From the NCBI GenBank assembly GCA_963675665.1, contig OY776510.1, positions 2,240,001 through 2,304,000 on the forward strand: 64,000 nt of DNA, read 5' to 3'. Shown piece by piece: positions 57,475 through 64,000 of the stretch (within the stretch, counting starts at the first letter, position 1; every line of letters starts with the position of its first letter). The notes beneath the pieces are model-generated. The model made no database searches and was not told the origin of the DNA. It saw nothing but the letters and a program-made list of their open reading frames with translations. Position numbers and translations under genes: made by a program. The stretch is from Spirochaetia bacterium. Lineage in GTDB: Bacteria; Spirochaetota; Spirochaetia; UBA9216.

Positions 57475-58497
57475 ATGAAAAGGGCTTATGCAAAATCAGA
57501 GAGATTAAACAAAATCCAGCTCTTATTGTCGTCAATTGAACGGGGCATTACACGAAGTGAATTGGCGAGAAGGCTTAATGTAAGCAGAGCCACAATATCC
57601 CGTGATATAGCAGAACTCAGTCATGATTATCCTGTGATTGAGGATGAAGAAACCGGAAAACTTTATGCCGATAAAATTTCTCTTTTGGCTAATCTTCATT
57701 TTAATGCAGAAGAAATTCAGGCTATGCACCTTGCCTGCAGACTTCTTGGCCGGAAAGTGCGATTTAAGTACCCTTCAGCTTCTTCTGCACTAAGGAAGCT
57801 TGGAATCGCTCTGGAACATTATGCTTCTCCGCTTGCTTCTTCAATTACTTCGACTGCTGAATTATTCGAAAACCATGAACCGGAAAAACAGACAGAACCG
57901 GCAGTTATGGTAAAAACAATAACTGAAGGTATAGTCCGGGGTCTTTCAATCCGTTTTGAGAGATACTCAAGAAGAGAGAAGATCTGGAAGGATTGTTTAT
58001 TCAATTCTTATTGCATTGAACCGTATGCCGAGGGGAATTCGCTTTATCTTGTGGGTTTTGATGAATGCTCTTCAGAACTAAGAACCATTAAATTTGAATT
58101 GATAAGAAATATTATACTTACTGACAGGTCTTATAGTATTCCGTCTGATTTTAATGCAAACGAATATTTTAAAAACAGCTGGGGTATCTGGACTTCATTA
58201 TGTGAAAGCCAAAGGGTTGTTTTAATGTTTTCAGCGGCTGTAAAGCAGCGGGTGCTTCAGACGGAATGGCACTATAGCGAAGAGATTGAGAAGCTTCAGG
58301 ACGGCAGAATAAAATGGACCGCTCTAATTGCCGAACCTGTTGAGATGCTTCCTTGGATTAGAGGTTGGGGTGCTGATGTGGAGGTAATAGAGCCAGAAGG
58401 TTTAAAACAGATGATTATTGATGATATCAGGGCTTGTTCAGATTGTTATGGGTTACGGATGTTAAGTGATAATGATGAAAAAAAACAGAATTTATAA
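57475..58497 (+). CDS. HTH-WYL-WCX transcriptional regulator
   Basis: ELARRLNVSRATISRDI HTH, YLVG, RTIKFELI, WGIW, WIRGWGADVEVIEP. Confidence 0.9.
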   Translation: MKRAYAKSERLNKIQLLLSSIERGITRSELARRLNVSRATISRDIAELSHDYPVIEDEETGKLYADKISLLANLHFNAEEIQAMHLACRLLGRKVRFKYPSASSALRKLGIALEHYASPLASSITSTAELFENHEPEKQTEPAVMVKTITEGIVRGLSIRFERYSRREKIWKDCLFNSYCIEPYAEGNSLYLVGFDECSSELRTIKFELIRNIILTDRSYSIPSDFNANEYFKNSWGIWTSLCESQRVVLMFSAAVKQRVLQTEWHYSEEIEKLQDGRIKWTALIAEPVEMLPWIRGWGADVEVIEPEGLKQMIIDDIRACSDCYGLRMLSDNDEKKQNL

Positions 58498-58565
58498 GTT
58501 TACCCTGTCAGCAGTTTCATTAGGTGAAACGGGTCGTGAGTAAAATAAAATGGAGGTGTTGAGTC

Positions 58566-58593
58566 GGCCGCGGATTAAGAGGATTTTCACGGA
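58566..58593 (+). repeat. Degenerate repeat copy 2
   Basis: GGCCGCGGATTAAGAGGATTTTCACGGA. Confidence 0.75.
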
Positions 58594-58665
58594 AAGGGAA
58601 AAAGGCTGATACATATGATTAATAGTTTTTATACGATGTTTTTCCTTCAGTTTTTCATTTTACAA

Positions 58666-58740
58666 TCCGTCTTTAGCCTGTCAAGGGCCGGGCAAGTTAA
58701 ACGGCTGTGCCGTTTAACCCTTGACCGGCTAAAGAGCGGA
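58666..58740. other. Long bulged hairpin upstream of GxxExxY gene
   Basis: TCCG-TCTTTAGCC-T-GTCAAGG pairs with CCTTGAC-C-GGCTAAAGA-G-CGGA; inner GTTAAACGGC-TGT-GCCGTTTAAC. Confidence 0.8.
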
Positions 58741-58776
58741 GTCTGTATGTTCTGAAAAATTTCAGGAGGTACAGTT

Positions 58777-59139
58777 ATGGTACATGAAGAGTTAAGTTAT
58801 AAAATTATCGGCTGTTGTATGGAGGTTCACAGTGGTCTTGGAGCCGGTTTATTGGAACAGTGTTATCACAATGCATTGTTTTATGAAATAAAAACGGCCG
58901 GGTTGCAGGTTGGGTACAATGTTCCTTTTACGGTGAAATACCGGGGTGAGGTGGTCGGAGAATATTTTGCTGATCTGGTTGTTGAGGGCAAGGTAATTAT
59001 TGAGCTTAAGTCGGTAAAAAGGCTTGGTGATGAGCATGCGGCGCAGGTTATCAACTATCTGCGTATTTCAGGCTGTCGTCTGGGGCTGCTGGTTAATTTT
59101 CAGGGCTCAAGCCTTGAGTGGAAACGGCTGGTTGTATAG
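58777..59139 (+). CDS. GxxExxY protein (PD-(D/E)XK-like)
   Basis: GLLEQCY, ADLVVE, IELKS, AQVINYL, GLLVNF; AGGAGG RBS. Confidence 0.93.
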   Translation: MVHEELSYKIIGCCMEVHSGLGAGLLEQCYHNALFYEIKTAGLQVGYNVPFTVKYRGEVVGEYFADLVVEGKVIIELKSVKRLGDEHAAQVINYLRISGCRLGLLVNFQGSSLEWKRLVV

Positions 59140-59163
59140 GGCGTTTTCTGGCCGGGTTTGTTG

Positions 59164-59221
59164 GGCCACGGATTTGGAGGATTAGCACGGATGTATAGGG
59201 TTAAGGGTGGGGGGGAGATTG
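59164..59221 (+). repeat. Degenerate repeat copy 3 (between GxxExxY and cas3)
   Basis: GGCCACGGATTTGGAGGATTAGCACGGAT-GTATAGGGTTAAGGG...GAGATTG; 23/28 identical to copy 2. Confidence 0.75.
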
Positions 59222-59244
59222 TGATAAAGATCTGGAGGTTGTAG

Positions 59245-61557
59245 ATGAATGAGATTAAATTTTATGCACATTCTACAAAAATGGGTGATAAATCTGATTG
59301 GCAATTACTTGAAACTCATCTTTCTGAAGTTGCTCAGTTAACAGAAAAATTCTCTGAGAGTTTTGGAGTCGGAGAGTGTGGTCGAATCGCTGGTCTTCTT
59401 CACGATTTAGGTAAATACACAAAGTCATTTCAGGGATATCTGGAACGCAGTCAGCGAGGCGAAACTGTAAAACGTGGTGAAGTTATTCATGCTTTACAGG
59501 GAGCAAAGTATGCAGAACAAATAATTTGCGATAATGTACTTTCGGATATAATTGGTAATGTCATCGCGTCTCATCATGGAGGCTTGTTTGACAATATTTT
59601 TGATGGGGAGAGGACGTTATCAGTAAAGACAGATAAAGGTGAAGATAGTTTACATTATGCAGAAGTTATAAATCACTTCAGTCCTGAAATTAATGAAATA
59701 AAAGTGAAAGAGGAAATCCTTAACTTTTGTAAAACAATTCAACGAAGAGGGTTAAAAAGTCCTTCTTTTATGCTCCATTTTATAACAAAAGCAATTTATT
59801 CGTGTGTTGTGGATGCAGATAGATCTAACAGTGCGGGGATAGAAGTCAGCGATGCAATTCCAAATTGGGAAAAGTCAATTCAACAATTAGAAACTTATCT
59901 TGAAGCTTTTTTAGCGATAAATGATATCGATAAAATTCGTACACAAATATCAGAGCAGTGCCAAACAGCTGGCAGAAAACCGCAGGGAATTTATACTTTA
60001 TCCGTTCCGACAGGCGGCGGGAAAACATTATCTAGCATGCGTTTTGCTTTAGAACATGTTAATGCACATAACCTTAAAAGAATAATCTATGTTATTCCTT
60101 ATTTATCTATTCTTGATCAAACTGCAGAGAAATTACATGAAGTTTTTTCTGATGAAAGAGATGACTTAATTCTTGAGCATCATTCAAACATCGAACCACC
60201 TGAAGATGATAATGAAGAAGACGAATACCGTTTACTAACTTCAAGGTGGGATAGTCCAATTATTTTAACTACAATGGTTCAGTTTTTAGAGACAATATAC
60301 AGTAATAAATCTTCAAAGCTTCGTAAATTCCATAATATGTCAGATTCGGTTTTAATCTTTGATGAGATACAGGCCTTGCCGATAAAATGTATCCATCTTT
60401 TTAACGATGCAATTAATTTCCTGCAAGTAGCCGGCGGATCAACAATCTTACTTTGTACAGCGACTCAGCCCCATCTCCATATGGTGGACCGTCCGGTGCT
60501 GTTGGCTGAGAACCCGGATATCGTAAATATTACAGCGGAAGAGTTAAGCGTTTTCGAGAGAGTTCATATCAAAGACATTACTCAAAAGGTAATGGATTAC
60601 GAAGAAATAACCGAACTTGTTCGTACTCAAATTGAACAGGAAAAGAGTACCCTTGTAATTATGAACACGAAAAGGGATTCCCTCGCTTTATATGAACAAT
60701 GTAGGTCTATTGATTGTGAAAGAGCATTGTTGACGACTGATCTTTGCCCAGCCCATCGTTTGGAAGTACTTAGACTGTTACGTAATAATCTGGCCCCTGA
60801 ATCAAAGCAAGTAATATTATGCATAAGTACACAACTGATTGAGGCCGGTGTAGATGTGTCGTTTGATTGTGTCATTCGTGCAGAAGCGGGTATGGACAGT
60901 ATTATTCAGGCAGCCGGGCGTTGTAATCGAAATAAAGAAAATTCAATACCTCAGTCGGTATTTGTTGTTGATGTTCAGGGGGAAAAGCTTTCCCGGCTTC
61001 CAGAAATAAAGGAAGCAAAAAGTGTAACAAAAACAGTATTCCACGAAAAGCAGGGAGCTGATTTACTAAGTCCTGATGTTGTGAATTTATTCTATAAGTA
61101 TCATTTCTATGATCAGAAAAATAGAATGGATTATGACACTAAGGATGGTAAAACAACCGTCTATAATTTATTAAATATTAATAGCTTAGGAATGGGCGCA
61201 TACAAGGATCGAAATAGTGAAAAACAATACAACGGGTTGCCTTGTGCTTTTAAAACTGCTGCAGAAGAATTTTCTGTAATTGGGGGAGGTCAAATCGGTA
61301 TTGTTGTTCCTTATGGTGATGCTATGGATCTTGTAGATGATTTTATACAAAGTTTTAAACCTAAAAATAAAATACGCATTCTTAAGCAGTTGCAGAAATA
61401 TACGGTTTCTGTCTATTCGAATAAATTAGAAAAACTTATACAAGAGCGTGCAATCAGGCCTATAGAAGATTCTTTCTATCTTTTAGATTCAGAATATTAT
61501 GATTCTGAGGAGAAGGGATTATTAATAAATTCAAAATTTTCCTTTTTGTATGTATAG
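59245..61557 (+). CDS. cas3: CRISPR-associated helicase/nuclease Cas3 (type I-C)
   Basis: YAHS, HDLGK, HH, DAD HD domain; VPTGGGKT, DEIQ, TATQP, STQLIEAGVD, QAAGRCNR. Confidence 0.97.
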   Translation: MNEIKFYAHSTKMGDKSDWQLLETHLSEVAQLTEKFSESFGVGECGRIAGLLHDLGKYTKSFQGYLERSQRGETVKRGEVIHALQGAKYAEQIICDNVLSDIIGNVIASHHGGLFDNIFDGERTLSVKTDKGEDSLHYAEVINHFSPEINEIKVKEEILNFCKTIQRRGLKSPSFMLHFITKAIYSCVVDADRSNSAGIEVSDAIPNWEKSIQQLETYLEAFLAINDIDKIRTQISEQCQTAGRKPQGIYTLSVPTGGGKTLSSMRFALEHVNAHNLKRIIYVIPYLSILDQTAEKLHEVFSDERDDLILEHHSNIEPPEDDNEEDEYRLLTSRWDSPIILTTMVQFLETIYSNKSSKLRKFHNMSDSVLIFDEIQALPIKCIHLFNDAINFLQVAGGSTILLCTATQPHLHMVDRPVLLAENPDIVNITAEELSVFERVHIKDITQKVMDYEEITELVRTQIEQEKSTLVIMNTKRDSLALYEQCRSIDCERALLTTDLCPAHRLEVLRLLRNNLAPESKQVILCISTQLIEAGVDVSFDCVIRAEAGMDSIIQAAGRCNRNKENSIPQSVFVVDVQGEKLSRLPEIKEAKSVTKTVFHEKQGADLLSPDVVNLFYKYHFYDQKNRMDYDTKDGKTTVYNLLNINSLGMGAYKDRNSEKQYNGLPCAFKTAAEEFSVIGGGQIGIVVPYGDAMDLVDDFIQSFKPKNKIRILKQLQKYTVSVYSNKLEKLIQERAIRPIEDSFYLLDSEYYDSEEKGLLINSKFSFLYV

Positions 61558-61566
61558 AGGTGAAAT

Positions 61567-62305
61567 ATGGATAAAAAATGGAATTCGGTGGAGTTTAAGA
61601 TCACGGGACGATACGCAATGTTTGCCGACCCAGTCACGCGGGTAGGCGGTGAAAAGTTTTCATATCAGGTTCCAACTTATCAGGCACTTAAAGGTATTTT
61701 GGAAAGTGTGTATTGGAAGCCGACTTTTATCTGGTATATCGATAAAGTTCGTATAATGAAAAAAAATACAAACCGAGTCAAAAGGCATTAAGCCAATTAA
61801 AATGAGCGGTGGTAATGATCTCTCGTATTACACTTATTTACGTGATGTGGAATATAAGGTCATGGCCCATTTTGATTGGAATTATAAACATAAAAACTTA
61901 GATAATGATCGCGACGAAAATAAGCACCACAACATCGCTAAACGTAGCATAAAAAAAGGAGGAAGGCGTGACATTTTCCTTGGGTCACGGGAATGCCAGG
62001 GGTATGTTGAACCCTGTGTTTTGGGAGGAGAGAAGGGTTTTTACGATAACTATGGAGAATTGGATTTCGGTGTAATGTTTCATGGATACGATTATCCTGA
62101 TGAGACTGGGAATGATGAGCTTGTTGTCCGTTTATGGAGGGCAAAGATGAAAGACGGACTAATTGAGTTTCCTATGCCGAAGAATTGTGATCCTGCCATG
62201 AAACGTTTTATACGCAAAATGACTGCAAAAGAATTTGAGAATAAGCGTAACTTTTCACTAATCGATGAAGATCCTTCTATAGCGGATACATTATTGGAGG
62301 TATAG
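61567..62305 (+). pseudogene. cas5: Type I-C Cas5c split by a frameshift in an A8 tract
   Basis: [26 protein letters not shown] in frame 1; YLRDVEY, GGRRDIFLGSREC in frame 2; removing one A at 61759-61766 restores [13 protein letters not shown]. Confidence 0.88.
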
Positions 62306-62306
62306 A

Positions 62307-64000
62307 ATGGGATTCTGGCAAAACTTAGCAGATAGTTACGATAAAAATGTTGATATTTTAGGAAAACTCTATCCTCTCTCGACAACCTCAATTTCCAATA
62401 ACAGTGACATGATTGTCATCATTGTTATTGATGGAGATGGCAATTTTGTCCGTTTCGATAAAATTGAGAAAATATCTAATCAAACCAAAAAAGGTCATGG
62501 AAATCCTCTCGTCAATATCACGATTCCGGTTACTGAAGAGAGTATGGGACGATCAAGCGGTATTTCGCCACATCCTGTTTTTGATCAATTCGGATATTTA
62601 AGAGGAGATGGCGATAAATTCAAAGCTTACATCGAACAGTTTAAAGGATTTGCCACATCTAAATTCGCAACAAAACAGGTAATGACCATCTTTCAGTATG
62701 CTGAAAAGGGAAATATTGCTCTTAATTTATCAGAAATCGGAATGAAAGAAAAAACAAACATCCTCTTTCAAGTAGAAATATCGGGGCAATCACAATCTAA
62801 AGTTTGGGAAGACGAAACGTTTTTTAATGCCTGGCATCAATATTATCTGGATGTAAAGGACAAACGGGCTGAAGCGAAAAAAACAGGTGAATATAGACTG
62901 GCAAGCAAAACAAAATTATCTTCAGAGGAAAAGGAACAAAAGAAAGAACTGGGAAAAATAAAAGATGTAATATCTTTGGACTATATTACAGGTTACGGGA
63001 AACAGCCGATTGCTACTTTTCACCCTAAAAAAATTTCCAATGCCTCTGCAAATTCAAAACTTGTATCGGATAACGATACAGCGAATTATACATTTCGAGG
63101 TAAATTCGAAGACTCCCTGCAAGCGGTATCCATTGGGTACGAGACCTCCCAGAAAGCCCATCAGTTTCTACGTTATCTTATTAATGATCGGGGATACTAT
63201 TGCGGCGAACAAGTGCTTTTATCTTTTACCATTGGTTCCAATGAAAAGCTGTTAGCTCCACCAATCAATAATGATAGTATAACATCTTTTTTGAAAGAAG
63301 CTATAACCCTAACGGACAAAGACAGGGAAATCGAACTTCATGCTGAAACAGGGATTGATTACGCAAAGATATTAAAAAAGGCACTTGATGGTTTTAAATA
63401 CAATAAAAAGTTAGAGCATGCAAAAACAGCGGTAATAGCTTTAGATGCGGCTACGACCGGGCGATTATCCATTACCTTTTATCGTGAATTGGATCGAAAT
63501 GAATATCTTGAAAGAATATTAGACTGGCATGAAGGCTGTAAATGGAATCAAAAATTCTGGGATAAAGAGGAAGGACGATACGTTCCTTATACAGGAGCCC
63601 CATCCGTTGATACGATTATTGAAGCCGTCTATGGAAAACCTCGTGGGGGTAAAGATGAGAGCTATACTAAAATAAAAAAGGCTGCCAGAGAGCGTATTTT
63701 ACGTTGCATTTTTGATGGCTCTCCTTTACCTCTGGATTATGTAGTAACAGCATCACGGCGGGCATCAAATCCATTGGGAATTACAAGTAGAAGTAAATTT
63801 GATCGAAATAGTTTTTTACAAGTCGTTTCAACGGCATGTGCACTAATAAGAAAGAATAATATACAACAAAAAAAGGAGGAATATAAATTGAGTATTGAGC
63901 ATGATAGAACTGACCGCGATTACCTGTACGGCAGATTGTTGGGCGCTGCAGACAAATTGGAGGAATATGCCTTAAATAAACAGGGAAATGATCGATTAGT
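62307..64000 (+). CDS. cas8c: Type I-C Cas8c/Csd1 (3'-truncated by window end)
   Basis: Hand translation of the frame from ATG 62307 gives RSSGISPHP.FD, KLVS.ND..NYTFRG, SQKAH, LDAATTGRLSITFYRE, and DYLYGRLL near the window end; absent from ORF track, presumably because it has no stop in the window. Confidence 0.93.
   Translation, partial: MGFWQNLADSYDKNVDILGKLYPLSTTSISNNSDMIVIIVIDGDGNFVRFDKIEKISNQTKKGHGNPLVNITIPVTEESMGRSSGISPHPVFDQFGYLRGDGDKFKAYIEQFKGFATSKFATKQVMTIFQYAEKGNIALNLSEIGMKEKTNILFQVEISGQSQSKVWEDETFFNAWHQYYLDVKDKRAEAKKTGEYRLASKTKLSSEEKEQKKELGKIKDVISLDYITGYGKQPIATFHPKKISNASANSKLVSDNDTANYTFRGKFEDSLQAVSIGYETSQKAHQFLRYLINDRGYYCGEQVLLSFTIGSNEKLLAPPINNDSITSFLKEAITLTDKDREIELHAETGIDYAKILKKALDGFKYNKKLEHAKTAVIALDAATTGRLSITFYRELDRNEYLERILDWHEGCKWNQKFWDKEEGRYVPYTGAPSVDTIIEAVYGKPRGGKDESYTKIKKAARERILRCIFDGSPLPLDYVVTASRRASNPLGITSRSKFDRNSFLQVVSTACALIRKNNIQQKKEEYKLSIEHDRTDRDYLYGRLLGAADKLEEYALNKQGNDRL

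Noticed and set aside
58514-58530. GTTTCA-TTAGG-TGAAAC as a degenerate type I-C repeat
   Set aside because: Only the TGAAAC end matches, with no GC-rich repeat stem; kept only as a possible operator
58559-58609. 16-codon ORF MSRPRIKRIFTEREKG spanning repeat copy 2
   Set aside because: TTG start only 2 nt from GGAGG; no independent coding evidence
61756-61770. Programmed -1 ribosomal frameshift in cas5
   Set aside because: The downstream cas5 frame is +1 relative to the upstream part, so a -1 shift would not restore it
62413-63255. ORF-track ORFs 62413-62601 and 63010-63255
   Set aside because: They are out-of-frame shadows inside cas8c
57244-64000. CRISPR array near the cas genes
   Set aside because: No run of identical 30-37 bp repeats with spacers was seen; the three degenerate repeats are separated by whole genes. 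Any array is probably beyond the window.
1-64000. tRNA, rRNA, transposase or integrase genes
   Set aside because: None recognised by eye; tRNAscan-SE and ISEScan would be needed to exclude them formally

Overview
Bacterial chromosomal window, probably from an anaerobic spirochaete. This is inferred from a Treponema/Borrelia-style CheY N-terminal extension and an AAHAG-type MCP tip; no search was run. In order it holds: Moco accessory genes (xdhC, MocA-HD) and a DUF1893-ABC fusion; an etfBA-acyl-CoA dehydrogenase operon; a divergent five-gene operon of unknown function (sensorless soluble MCP, two V4R-like proteins, a cysteine desulfurase-family enzyme and a small protein); a two-component/DAACS/racemase/dehydratase amino-acid locus that is partly decayed; MATE-MarR; a chaperone-usher pilus cluster; a Popeye-like cNMP protein; fucI-LacI with palindromic operators; the methanogen-type homocysteine synthesis trio; hflX and a SplB-like gene; a cobalamin riboswitch-btuFCD-cbiZ operon; U32 and PadR genes; a second sugar-isomerase-like unit; and nucleotide-sugar genes. 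From about 57.3 kb there is an AT-richer island: WYL regulator, GxxExxY protein, and type I-C cas3, frameshifted cas5 and partial cas8c. No CRISPR array, tRNA or rRNA was seen. The best candidates for undescribed biology are the MCP-V4R-V4R-desulfurase operon and the short degenerate repeats plus long hairpin that bracket the WYL and GxxExxY genes ahead of cas3. All family calls come from motif recognition by eye.
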